Assembly: GCA_027021445.1 (NCBI GenBank)
Contig: JALUUH010000138.1
Span: 8,275 to 72,274 of the forward strand
Direction: 5' to 3'
Source of the DNA: Gammaproteobacteria bacterium
Lineage (GTDB): Bacteria; Pseudomonadota; Gammaproteobacteria; S012-40
Length of the DNA: 64,000 nucleotides
The position numbers and the translations under genes are program-made. The notes beneath the pieces are model-generated. The model did no database searches, was not told the origin of the DNA, and saw nothing but the letters and a program-made list of their open reading frames with translations. Shown piece after piece: positions 45,448-54,824 of the stretch (positions are counted from its first letter, which is position 1; each line of letters starts with the position of its first letter).

Positions 45448-46233
45448 GTGAATCATGACATGAAACGCCGGCGCTTTAAAAGCACGAACATCTACGAAAG
45501 TTTTTCAGATGTATCCCTGTTGATGCTCGCAACCTTTATTTTTTTAATGGTAACTATCCTCATCACTTCGAGAATGGCACAAGAATATGAAGTACCTAAA
45601 CTCAAAGCGGAAATCGAGACTCTGAAAAATAAACTTGCGGCCTCGGAACTCGATAAGCAATCGTTTAGCAGCGCGCTAGAAGAAATGGTAGTGGCAGGAG
45701 AAGGGAGCGCAAGCGCACTTGATAAAGTGGTAGAAACCGCCACCTTTGGACGCAAAGACTTTGATTTATTTATCAAAGGACTAAAGGATTTACCGGGCTC
45801 TGATTTACACCTTATCATCGATGCATCAGGATCAATGCACGGACTGACCACATTTCTAATCCCTATACTGAGAGCTGTCGTTATTCGCTCCAATAAACAA
45901 CTTGCAGCTATTACTTGGTTCTCAGATGGGATGGCAGAAACATATACCGGAAGCCTTGGAGAAATGTTTGATAAATTAATGTCAGGCGCCCCATTCGGAG
46001 GTAATCGAGAAACCATCGGCAAAGCTTTACGCGTTGCCGCACGCAATGCCCATGCACCCGGCGCTTACATACTGGTGGGCGACGAACCTTCTGACGACAT
46101 TATTAATTATTCCGATATTCCAAGCCCCGTTTTTACCCTTCCTCTCGGTCGCTCTGACCCAGAAACCAATCAAGAATACAAAAAAATTGCCGAAAAAACC
46201 GGCGGACAAATGCTACACCTAGATTTTAAATAA
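45448..46233 (+). CDS. MotB/TolR-like N-terminal TM (conserved Asp) - coiled coil - von Willebrand A domain protein, 261 aa
   Basis: 'KRRRFK...YESFSDVSLLMLATFIFLMV' resembles the MotB/ExbD/TolR TM with its Asp. 'LKAEIETLKNKLAASELDKQ' is coiled-coil-like. The vWA MIDAS motif is 'IIDASGSMHG', with 'ILVGDEPSDD' downstream. Its GTG start at 45448 begins only 3 nt after the upstream stop (an in-frame ATG follows at 45460). Confidence 0.7.
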   Translation: MNHDMKRRRFKSTNIYESFSDVSLLMLATFIFLMVTILITSRMAQEYEVPKLKAEIETLKNKLAASELDKQSFSSALEEMVVAGEGSASALDKVVETATFGRKDFDLFIKGLKDLPGSDLHLIIDASGSMHGLTTFLIPILRAVVIRSNKQLAAITWFSDGMAETYTGSLGEMFDKLMSGAPFGGNRETIGKALRVAARNAHAPGAYILVGDEPSDDIINYSDIPSPVFTLPLGRSDPETNQEYKKIAEKTGGQMLHLDFK

Positions 46234-46393
46234 TATGAGACCTTTACCTCACTTTGTTGTAGATTCAGCCCTCTATCTCAGATAATAGAGTGCTGCATAG
46301 TCTCAACTTTAAAACCTGAGTAAAATGTTCTAGTAATACCACACTTTTTAGTTATAATATTAAATACGTTTAAAAAAAAAGGGGTAATTTATT

Positions 46394-46783
46394 ATGATCA
46401 CTATTCCTGTTGATACAAGGATAATAGGTGAAATTAAAAGCAAAGGCCCCATTTGCATTGAAGGCCATGTTTCAGGGAAAGGCGAAATAAACGGCTATTT
46501 ACTGCTGGGCACGAGCTGCTTATGGCAAGGCGATGTTGTGGCTGAATCGATTTTTATAGAAGGAAGAATCGAAGGTAATATAATTGCAAAAAAACAGATC
46601 AGTATAGCCTCTGGGGCAGTAATCAATGGCGATATATTCTGCCCAAACATTTTAATAGTGAGCGGCGCAGTTATAAACGGCCAACTTAATATGAAAAAAC
46701 CAGAAGCACCTATCCAATTTATAGGGCAATCCTCTCAGACTACCAAGCATACAGAGCAAGATAAACAAAAAGCCATCGCATAA
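46394..46783 (+). CDS. Bactofilin (polymer-forming cytoskeletal protein), 129 aa
   Basis: The repetitive beta-helix pattern reads 'IEGHVSGKGEINGYLLLG...IFIEGRIEGNIIAKKQISIASGAVINGDIFCPNILIVSGAVINGQLNM'. Confidence 0.8.
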   Translation: MITIPVDTRIIGEIKSKGPICIEGHVSGKGEINGYLLLGTSCLWQGDVVAESIFIEGRIEGNIIAKKQISIASGAVINGDIFCPNILIVSGAVINGQLNMKKPEAPIQFIGQSSQTTKHTEQDKQKAIA

Positions 46784-46886
46784 AGGGGCGATAACAAAAT
46801 ATCTTTGCATTACCATTAGATTCATGAATACTGATATAAAGTGAGCGCCCACCTAAACAATCTACAAACTAAACCGCACTCGGTCA

Positions 46887-48827
46887 TTATTTCGACAACA
46901 AGAGAACTTCAGCCGTTTTTGTACCACCTTCTAAGCATACTCGTTTTTTCTGTAGCAAAGCCCCATTTTCATCTATTAAATCACCGATCTTCACATCGTC
47001 CTTGACAGTGTACGGAAAACGGGCAAATCGTCCGATACTACGCAGCCTCTGCTTTGATATATTGCCAACCCACACTCTCTCAGCGTCTTCATTTTCTAGT
47101 TTAGCAACCGGCCAAAGCCTAATAATATACCGTTCTTCATCAAGCAATAATTTTTTCGTTAACTGTAGCGACTCGAATTTACCCGCGTAAATTTTGGGCA
47201 ATGGCGCGAGTTCACTCATTTTTGTCGTCGCTGAAAACCATCGTAAAAAGCTAGAAAAAGTAAAATTAACCGACTCCTCCCAATTCGTTAATTGCAATAC
47301 TTGTCTAATCTCATCAGCGCTAGCAGCCCATTGAAACGTAATCGGGAAGTGATTCTGGCGCTTGTCGTTATACACATCACACCATCCTCCATTCCACCAT
47401 TGCTCTAATTTTACAGTTTTCAAATTAGAACGTTCACTAGACCGATATTCATCCTGTAAAAATCCGGAAATTATTCCCACACTAAACACCATAACCAAGC
47501 CCAGACTAGCAAGGCCTAAATATGTACGACTTGGTAAATTATAAGCGTGCCGACGATAAGACAAGCCCATAATAACAATCATAAAAAATGAAAACGATAA
47601 ACCAAACACCCACGTTGAAAAGGAAACATCACCATAATACAGCGCCGAAAAACTAATGATAAAAACCAATACACTGGCAATAGAATAAAATAGCCTGCGC
47701 ACAGATTTACTAAATTCTCCTCCGATCAAAGCAGATAAGACACCGAGCAAAGTGCTCACAAGCAATACATGCATTAGCTTCACAGCCAAAAAATACTCAG
47801 CGGCTAAAAACATCAATACACTGGCAATAGATGCAAAAAGCAAATACCAAAATGCCTGCATTAATTTAAAACCGACAAATGAAATTAATGCCATGAGAAA
47901 TACAACCCCAAGAAAAACAGGATTACCTAGCTGATAAAACACACTAAAAAAATAATCTAACCACGGGAAATGAATGGCACTAAAAAACTGCGATACATAC
48001 GAGTTAATAGAAACAATCAAGGGTGTGCGATGGAAAATAATTTGTGATAAAAGAACACTAAATGACATCAGCAGCACGGCAAACCAAAAAAACAGCGCAC
48101 CTTGTGGCTTTTTTTCGGAATCAACGAGATTCACCACAATCATTTTCATCACTGGGCGTGTGCGCCCCCAACGAATTAGCCGCAAAACCCATCCATCCAA
48201 TTTCGAACCCAGCAACTTAGATAGCTTCTTGACTAACCACAATATTGCCACCAGCAAAACAATAATAACAACGAATAAAATCCCGAGTCTCGTCGCTATC
48301 TCCGAGGCCAACCCTAATGAAGCACCAAACGCAACACCCGGTAACAGATACGCAGGCGCCCAGCCTGCCGCCGAAACAACATTGTACAGAAAAAACTTTT
48401 CGGGCCGCATTTGCATCATGCCTGCAATAGTAGGAACAACCGCACGTAAAGGCCCCACAAACCGCCCCAGAACAACGCTCTTTCCACCATGGCGCGCAAA
48501 AAATACTTTGCCATTTTCTAATAAATGCTTTCGATTTTTAAACGGCCATAAATTCGGGACTAAATCTTTGAAGTAATAACCAATCCAAAAACTAATAGCA
48601 TCACCCACTACCGCACCTAAAAAAGCCCAAAGCAAGGTCTCCCACAACCCGAGAAAACCCGTCCCTATCAGCGCACCAAAACTCAACATAATGAATGCGC
48701 CGGGCACTAACATGCCAATTACCAGCAAAGATTCCGCCATAGCAACGATAAACACCATTACACCGGCCCATGCAGGGTTGGCTTGTAACCAGTTAAAAAA
48801 AGGTTGTAAGTCGGTTAAAAAATCCAT
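46887..48827 (-). CDS. DedA/VTT-domain membrane protein fused to extra TM region and LssY_C-like C-terminal domain, 646 aa
   Basis: The N-terminal DedA pattern is 'VFIVAMAESLLVIGMLVPG...GRFVGPLRAVVPTIAGM'. About 8 more TM helices follow. The soluble C-terminus is 'WWNGGW...PITFQWAASADEI'. Confidence 0.6.
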   Translation of the reverse strand: MDFLTDLQPFFNWLQANPAWAGVMVFIVAMAESLLVIGMLVPGAFIMLSFGALIGTGFLGLWETLLWAFLGAVVGDAISFWIGYYFKDLVPNLWPFKNRKHLLENGKVFFARHGGKSVVLGRFVGPLRAVVPTIAGMMQMRPEKFFLYNVVSAAGWAPAYLLPGVAFGASLGLASEIATRLGILFVVIIVLLVAILWLVKKLSKLLGSKLDGWVLRLIRWGRTRPVMKMIVVNLVDSEKKPQGALFFWFAVLLMSFSVLLSQIIFHRTPLIVSINSYVSQFFSAIHFPWLDYFFSVFYQLGNPVFLGVVFLMALISFVGFKLMQAFWYLLFASIASVLMFLAAEYFLAVKLMHVLLVSTLLGVLSALIGGEFSKSVRRLFYSIASVLVFIISFSALYYGDVSFSTWVFGLSFSFFMIVIMGLSYRRHAYNLPSRTYLGLASLGLVMVFSVGIISGFLQDEYRSSERSNLKTVKLEQWWNGGWCDVYNDKRQNHFPITFQWAASADEIRQVLQLTNWEESVNFTFSSFLRWFSATTKMSELAPLPKIYAGKFESLQLTKKLLLDEERYIIRLWPVAKLENEDAERVWVGNISKQRLRSIGRFARFPYTVKDDVKIGDLIDENGALLQKKRVCLEGGTKTAEVLLLSK

Positions 48828-49074
48828 TTTTCGCCAGCGACAGCTCCTAGCTTAGAAAAATAATGAAAGGTAAACGTGCGCTGATCACGTAGAATGTCGC
48901 CCAGTAAAAGTAGCGAATAATGCCCTGAAATATAAAAATCGATTTAAATACCAGTGATTCGTAAAATAAACCAAGATTCCAGTAAATATTGATAAACAAG
49001 AAGACGCCCCTCGCAAAACCGAGAGGCAATAATTTGAACTTTCGATCTCAATCAAGCAAATCTTAAGAGTCAAT

Positions 49075-50355
49075 CTACAATGTTGCAAACGCTTTCTCAG
49101 CTGCTGCGACAGTCGTCGAAATATCTTCGTCAGTATGTGCACCAGATACAAAACCCGTTTCGTAAGCAGATGGTGCCAGATAGACACCTAACTCGAGCAT
49201 TTTGTGATAAAACGTTTTAAACCTTTCAGCATCACATTTTGTCACTTGTGCAAAAGTCGTCACCTTTTCTTCTTCGGTAAAGAAAAACCCAAACATTCCA
49301 CCCACCTGATTGGTCGTTAGAGGAATACCTGCAGATTTTGCAGCCTCTTCTAAACCAATGCATAATGACTCCGCTTTGCGTGACAAACCCTCGTGAAAAC
49401 CTGGCTGGGATGCGAGTTTTAAAGTCTGCATTCCAGCAGCCATCGAAATAGGATTGCCGGATAAAGTTCCGGCTTGATAAACCGGTCCCAAGGGTGCAAT
49501 TTTTTCCATTATTTCGCGTTTGCCGCCAAACGCTCCGACCGGCATACCACCACCAATAACTTTACCCAATGTTGTCATATCAGGAACGATTCCATAATGC
49601 CCCTGCGCCCCGCCCAGAGAAACCCGAAACCCAGTCATGACCTCATCAAAAATTAACACCGTCCCAAATTCATCACATACTTCACGCAGGCCTTCTAAAA
49701 AACCCGGCACTGGCGGTATGCAATTCATATTTCCAGCAACAGGTTCAACAATAATGCAGGCAACTTCACTACCAACTTCACTGAAAACCTGTTTAACCTG
49801 AGCAATATCATTAAAATTAAGCGTCATCGTATGCGTCGCCAAATCTGCCGGAACTCCGGGCGAAGTCGGCACACCTAAAGTCAATGCGCCAGATCCCGCC
49901 TTAACCAGTAACGAATCGGAATGACCATGATAGCAACCCTCAAATTTCACTATCCTATCTCTGCCCGTAAAACCTCGGGCTAACCGAATAGCACTCATGG
50001 TTGCCTCTGTTCCAGAACTCACCATGCGAACCATATCCATCGACGGTACCTGCTCACAAACTAAATCCGCCATTTCAGTCTCAATGGCAGTCGGCGCACC
50101 AAAACCTAGCCCGTTATCCACCACCGCCTTTACCGCTGCAATGACTTCAGGATGTGCATGCCCCGCAATCATCGGCCCCCATGAAGCCACATAATCGATA
50201 TAATTATTACCATCTTCGTCAGTAAGATAAGCGCCCTTTCCATTTTTAAAAAATACAGGGTCTCCACCCACACCTTTGAAAGCTCTCACTGGAGAATTAA
50301 CACCACCTGGAATACGTCTTTGGGCTTCTACAAATAAATCGTGTGAACGAGTCAT
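49075..50355 (-). CDS. hemL: Glutamate-1-semialdehyde 2,1-aminomutase
   Basis: I moved the start to ATG 50355. Supporting motifs are '[10 protein letters not shown]', 'FDEVMTGFR' and '[17 protein letters not shown]'. Length is 426 aa. Confidence 0.92.
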   Translation of the reverse strand: MTRSHDLFVEAQRRIPGGVNSPVRAFKGVGGDPVFFKNGKGAYLTDEDGNNYIDYVASWGPMIAGHAHPEVIAAVKAVVDNGLGFGAPTAIETEMADLVCEQVPSMDMVRMVSSGTEATMSAIRLARGFTGRDRIVKFEGCYHGHSDSLLVKAGSGALTLGVPTSPGVPADLATHTMTLNFNDIAQVKQVFSEVGSEVACIIVEPVAGNMNCIPPVPGFLEGLREVCDEFGTVLIFDEVMTGFRVSLGGAQGHYGIVPDMTTLGKVIGGGMPVGAFGGKREIMEKIAPLGPVYQAGTLSGNPISMAAGMQTLKLASQPGFHEGLSRKAESLCIGLEEAAKSAGIPLTTNQVGGMFGFFFTEEEKVTTFAQVTKCDAERFKTFYHKMLELGVYLAPSAYETGFVSGAHTDEDISTTVAAAEKAFATL

Positions 50356-50356
50356 T

Positions 50357-50977
50357 TTATTTCCTTTTAAATAAATTAACATAAGCCAACGCAGTTTTTT
50401 GAGTATCCGCTACGCTGAATAATCCATCGATAACCGCGAGCATGTCAGCACCTGCGGTAAGCAAATCTTTTCCATTGCTTGGTGTAATACCACCAATCGC
50501 CACAATGGGAATCCTAATGCTATTTTTTGCCGCTAATAATAGACTCTTATCAGCTGGCACCGCATTGGGTTTAGTATGCGAAAAAAAAAACCGGCCGAAT
50601 GCCACATAATCTGCACCTTGCGCTTGTGCTTTAACCGCCAAACTCAGGTCGTTATAACAAGAAACACCGATGATTTTATCCGGCAACTGCGCCCTTACTG
50701 CCGAAAAATTGGCGTCATTCTTTCCAATATGGAGGCCATCAGCCGCTACTTTTTTCGCCAAATCAATATCATCATTAACAATAAATAATGCTGAATATTG
50801 ACTACAGAGTTCTTTTAATCGAATTGAGAGACTCAATCTCTCCTTCACCGCTGAACTTTTATCGCGAAACTGAATCACTTTAGCACCGGCTAAAAGTGCG
50901 ATCTCTACCTTTTCCAGTAAATGTTGATCTTCTCGTGTCACCACATACAGACCACCAAAATTAGCTTTTCTCTTCAT
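50357..50977 (-). CDS. thiE: Thiamine-phosphate synthase
   Basis: The start is at ATG 50977. Supporting motifs are 'GLYVVT', 'IQFRDK', '[11 protein letters not shown]', 'DGLHIG' and 'YVAFGRFF...VAIGGI'. Confidence 0.85.
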   Translation of the reverse strand: MKRKANFGGLYVVTREDQHLLEKVEIALLAGAKVIQFRDKSSAVKERLSLSIRLKELCSQYSALFIVNDDIDLAKKVAADGLHIGKNDANFSAVRAQLPDKIIGVSCYNDLSLAVKAQAQGADYVAFGRFFFSHTKPNAVPADKSLLLAAKNSIRIPIVAIGGITPSNGKDLLTAGADMLAVIDGLFSVADTQKTALAYVNLFKRK

Positions 50978-51785
50978 CAACAATATCGTTTTGTGCCCAA
51001 AAATAACGATTTGGCAAATACTGCCCCATTCCAAGTCGCCGCGCATTTTTCAACGCTTGCCAAGTAAACTCCTGGGCTTCATGCACCGCAGAAAGAGGAT
51101 CAATGCCTTGTGCCAATAAAGCCGCAATAGAAGCAGACAAAGTACAACCCGAACCATGATAAGTCTGTGGCAAACGCTCCCAAGTATACTCATCCAGCAC
51201 ACGACTATTACCGTAAAATGTATTAACAACTTTCTCCGTATTCTCATGCGATCCAGTGATCAGCACATATTCGCAACCAAAATCCATAAGCTCATGCGCG
51301 CAAGCATCCAAATTATCCGCTTCAGAGCATAAAATTCTGGCCTCCAGGCTATTGGGCGTAATAACCGTCGTCAGCGGCGCTAATAAACTCAACATCGCCT
51401 GCTGAATTTCACCATCTGCCAACTCTTCGCCACCACCTGAGGACAAGATTGGATCAAAAACAACGGGTAAATCTGGATAATCCATCAGGATAGAATGAAT
51501 AACCTCCACCGCCTCAACACTCCCAACCATACCTATCTTTATTGCGCTCACCGGCATATCTTCTAAAACCGCACGTGCTTGCTCAGTAATCGTTGTCAAA
51601 TCAACCGGCATATAGCCCAACACATTCTGCGTATCTTGAATCGTTAACGCCGTTACCACCGCAGCCGCATGCCCACCCATAGAAGAAATAGACTCAATAT
51701 CCGCCTGAATTCCGGCGCCCCCAGTGGGGTCATTCCCCGCGAAAGTCATAATCACTGGAATTTCAAACTGGTTCTCAGTATCCAC
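50961..51785 (-). CDS. thiD: Hydroxymethylpyrimidine/phosphomethylpyrimidine kinase
   Basis: Supporting motifs are 'AGNDPTGGAGIQADI', 'IKIGMVGS' and 'HGSGCTLSASIAALLAQG'. Confidence 0.88.
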   Translation of the reverse strand: MDTENQFEIPVIMTFAGNDPTGGAGIQADIESISSMGGHAAAVVTALTIQDTQNVLGYMPVDLTTITEQARAVLEDMPVSAIKIGMVGSVEAVEVIHSILMDYPDLPVVFDPILSSGGGEELADGEIQQAMLSLLAPLTTVITPNSLEARILCSEADNLDACAHELMDFGCEYVLITGSHENTEKVVNTFYGNSRVLDEYTWERLPQTYHGSGCTLSASIAALLAQGIDPLSAVHEAQEFTWQALKNARRLGMGQYLPNRYFWAQNDIVDEEKS

Positions 51786-52277
51786 TGCACACCTCTCGCA
51801 CGATTGATTATAAATACTTCATTTATCCCTACTACGCCCGTCTCATAAAGCTGAAACAACCGTAGATTTCATCAACATCGACCGTATTAGGCATGAAACA
51901 GTTCAGAGATTAGGAGTCATTCTAATCAATCATGCAATTATACCGACACCTGAGGCTTAGCTTCAAAAAAATTAACGGTTTCAGAGACACTAAAACCCGC
52001 GTATACACAAGCCCAAGAAATAGAAAATTACATCGTATTGACAGAATACATTAAGGTTAAAATTTATGGTGAACTGGGAAAAAATAGAAACCGTATTTTT
52101 CGATAAAGCTGGATAACTTTATATCGATTTGCCCCAACAGTTAATTAACACTCCTGTCGATGTACTCATTAAGATCTGCGTACAATACTTAATATGCTCT
52201 TCTATTCCGGCTAACTATCTGCATTAACACATATATAGCCTAGAAAGAGCGGCTTTAGGTGTAAGGAGCATTAACGA

Positions 52278-53540
52278 GTGTCACGATTATTTACTGAGGC
52301 AAAACGCCGTTTGAAAACTGCTTCTAAATACATTGATATCGACCCAGATGTCTTAGAAAAGCTCAAATACCCACAAGAAACCCTATCTGCAAGCTTACTT
52401 ATCAGGATGGATGACGGCTCCAGGCGATCATTTAAAGCCTGGCGCTGTCGCTATGATGATACTCGCGGCCCGACCAAAGGCGGAATACGATTTTATCCCT
52501 CAGTATGCTTAGATGAAATCATGGCATTATCTTTTTGGATGACATTTAAATGCGCGGTTGCAAACCTACCCTTTGGCGGAGGAAAAGGCGGAGTTGCCGT
52601 CAATGCACAAAAACTCTCAAAATCAGAACTTGAAAAACTGTCACGCACCTATGTAAAAGCGTTTAGTAAATTTATTGGTCCAGACCGTGATATCCCTGCC
52701 CCGGACATGTATACCAACTCCATGGTTATGGGATGGATGGCAGATGAATACAGTGCCATCGTAGGTCAACCCAGTCCGGCAGTCATTACTGGAAAACCAC
52801 TTGAACTAGGAGGCTCTCAAGGTAGAAAGGATGCAACAGGATACGGGGGATATTTAGTCATCCGCCACCTTGAAAAAGAATTTGAACTACACCCCAAAAA
52901 ATCATCCGTCATTATCCAAGGATTTGGCAATGCGGGCTTTCACTGTGCCAAACTACTGCACCAAGACGGTTATAAAATTATCGGCATCTGCGATTCAAAA
53001 ACCGGCTTATATGACAAGTCCGGCTTAGATCCCATTGCATTATATGACAATAAAATAAAACTCGGCGCCCTATTCAACCAATATACACCACCAAGCGTCA
53101 CTCAAATGAGTAATACAAAACTACTTGAAGAAAAATGCGACCTACTCATTCCCGCCGCTTTAGAAAACCAAATCACAGCACTCAATGCTGAAAATATAAA
53201 AGCATCCGTCATCTGTGAACTAGCCAATGGCCCCATAACATTTGCAGCAGACGAAATACTTGCAAAAAACAATATCACTGTTATTCCAGATATTCTCGCT
53301 AATGCGGGGGGAGTCATTGTTTCATATTTTGAATGGGTACAAAATAAAGCGGGCTACTACTGGGAAGAAGATGAAGTAAGAACTAAACTTAAACAACGAA
53401 TTGAACCGGAAGCCCATAAAATATGGAATTTAAAACTTGAACTAGGCATAGATATGCGAACTGCCGCCTATGTTCTCGCACTTGAAAGAATTAATGCGGC
53501 TGTTTCTGCACACGGCACCAAGGCATTTTTTGTTTCCTAA
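52278..53540 (+). CDS. Glutamate dehydrogenase (Glu/Leu/Phe/Val dehydrogenase family, ~420-aa type)
   Basis: The GTG start follows AAGGAG. Supporting motifs are the catalytic-Lys region 'PFGGGKGGV', 'DIPAPDM', the Rossmann motif 'IQGFGNAG' and 'ANAGGV'. Confidence 0.88.
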   Translation: MSRLFTEAKRRLKTASKYIDIDPDVLEKLKYPQETLSASLLIRMDDGSRRSFKAWRCRYDDTRGPTKGGIRFYPSVCLDEIMALSFWMTFKCAVANLPFGGGKGGVAVNAQKLSKSELEKLSRTYVKAFSKFIGPDRDIPAPDMYTNSMVMGWMADEYSAIVGQPSPAVITGKPLELGGSQGRKDATGYGGYLVIRHLEKEFELHPKKSSVIIQGFGNAGFHCAKLLHQDGYKIIGICDSKTGLYDKSGLDPIALYDNKIKLGALFNQYTPPSVTQMSNTKLLEEKCDLLIPAALENQITALNAENIKASVICELANGPITFAADEILAKNNITVIPDILANAGGVIVSYFEWVQNKAGYYWEEDEVRTKLKQRIEPEAHKIWNLKLELGIDMRTAAYVLALERINAAVSAHGTKAFFVS

Positions 53541-53607
53541 GACTATATACCCAAAGTGTTATGGGTATAGTAAAAATGAGATAAAAATTATTCGAGTACA
53601 GGAATAA

Positions 53608-53772
53608 TCACCCTCCAAGTAAACCGTAAAATCCTGCGGTTATTAATACCAACAAAACAGTTGCAATTGAAAACATAGCGATTGATAAAACCTGAGAAAC
53701 GGATCTCAGCTTATACGCAAACCAAAACAACAGCACGATAACCAGTAACAAAATCAGATATGCACGAGGCAT
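53608..53772 (-). CDS. Small 2-TM protein, 54 aa (not in ORF track)
   Basis: The upstream context is AGGAGTATACATG. The sequence is MPRAYLILLLVIVLLFWFAYKLRSVSQVLSIAMFSIATVLLVLITAGFYGLLGG. It is the last gene of the ABC/GldG operon. Confidence 0.4.
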   Translation of the reverse strand: MPRAYLILLLVIVLLFWFAYKLRSVSQVLSIAMFSIATVLLVLITAGFYGLLGG

Positions 53773-53806
53773 GTATACTCCTGCTCAATCGTTTATAAAG
53801 TGCAGG

Positions 53807-54820
53807 CTATTCTACCTCTTTATCCTTCACAAGGGCAGCGTGAGTCCTGCGAAAGTTTTCAGCCTTATGCTTAGGCACTTCAAATACCCAGTCGGCAACA
53901 TCACTCCGTAGCTTTAACAACGCATTTTCTATCACCGAATCATTGCTCGGAACACTTAGCCATAGAAAAAATTTACCCTCTAATTCGACAGTTGAGACAT
54001 CTAATACCTCGTTTGAAGTCAAAGAAAATTTTGTGCTTACAAGCGTAGATTCAGCAAACTCAAAATCTATTTTTTTCATAACGTCATCGAATGTCAGCCC
54101 ATTCAACGCATTCGCAATATTATCTAAGCTAGACTCGGACTCTAATACTTGATTGGCGGCTAAGCCATCGAGAGCAAATCCTTCCGCGTTTTCAATCCGC
54201 GCAATGCTCACTTTACTGCTATCTGGATGAGTAATTTGCACGGATGCAATTTGCTCCTTTTTAACATCAACTATGCCTTTGTCTAACCAGTCAAGTGCTT
54301 GGGAAAAAAGAGTAACAACGCCCTCAACCTTCCATACCTGAGGACTATCAATCCGCCTCACAAATAAAGAACGATTCCCTGAGCCTTGATTTTTTGAGTT
54401 TCCGACAATAATGGCCGCAAGTTCAGCATCATCTTTACCATAAACCACAATTTGTTTACTCGTGGCGCCTTCAATAGCGACATCCTCAACACCTAATTTA
54501 GAAAAATTTTCTGGTTTTTTTGTCTTTTCAGCTAAAACTGTGAGTTCAGACAGTTCAATGACCAGCTTTCGCACTTTCGAAAAATCGGCCTCATAATCAG
54601 ATTTTTGCTTGAGCTTCCAAGTATCACCCGATTTATAAACAGTGATATTGTCACCACCCGCTACCCGAATATCAATGGAACTTACCGCATTAATATTCTT
54701 CTCCAATTCAGGTAAAAACAAAACAGACTCATTAGAAACTTCTTCTTTATCACTCATAAAAAAAGTCAGTCCCGCTAAACCAGCCACTATAAAAAATAAT
54801 GCAATAATTCCTTTATTCAT
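53807..54820 (-). CDS. DUF4340-like periplasmic protein (GldG-associated), 337 aa
   Basis: It has an N-terminal TM and a beta-rich repeat body. It occupies the conserved position after the GldG-like gene. Confidence 0.55.
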   Translation of the reverse strand: MNKGIIALFFIVAGLAGLTFFMSDKEEVSNESVLFLPELEKNINAVSSIDIRVAGGDNITVYKSGDTWKLKQKSDYEADFSKVRKLVIELSELTVLAEKTKKPENFSKLGVEDVAIEGATSKQIVVYGKDDAELAAIIVGNSKNQGSGNRSLFVRRIDSPQVWKVEGVVTLFSQALDWLDKGIVDVKKEQIASVQITHPDSSKVSIARIENAEGFALDGLAANQVLESESSLDNIANALNGLTFDDVMKKIDFEFAESTLVSTKFSLTSNEVLDVSTVELEGKFFLWLSVPSNDSVIENALLKLRSDVADWVFEVPKHKAENFRRTHAALVKDKEVE

Positions 54821-54824
54821 AATC

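Noticed and set aside
45492-46046. A 184-aa ORF lies antisense to the vWA gene. Many other antisense or alternative-frame ORFs appear in the track (e.g. 654-845, 3711-3962, 3937-4203, 9991-10185, 14050-14469, 19541-19903, 47974-48576, 63616-63966).
   Set aside because: They lie entirely inside longer ORFs that carry clear family motifs on the other strand or frame. They have Ser/Leu/Ala/Arg-rich, low-complexity composition typical of antisense reading. None has an SD-like sequence.
44446-46233. The MotA-like/vWA pair could be classified as a Zorya anti-phage system.
   Set aside because: No ZorC/ZorD-like or other effector genes are adjacent. The A-subunit tail is far shorter than ZorA tails. 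The B subunit has a vWA domain rather than a peptidoglycan-binding domain. Only a distant architectural analogy is justified.
50581-50590. An A10 homopolymer inside thiE (encoding FFF on the coding strand), and a T9 run at about 1211-1219 in the Sel1/SPOR gene, could be phase-variation tracts.
   Set aside because: Both frames are intact. The genes are housekeeping or structural rather than typical contingency loci. The runs encode ordinary Phe/Lys stretches expected in AT-rich genomes.
51786-52277. A TPP (THI-box) riboswitch might lie upstream of thiD in the 490-bp intergenic region.
   Set aside because: Reading the minus strand, I could not find the conserved 'CUGAGA ... ACCUGAUCUGGAUAAUGCCAGCG'-type core. 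Only scattered partial matches are present ('ugaga', 'cguaguaggga'). An Rfam/Infernal scan with RF00059 would be decisive.
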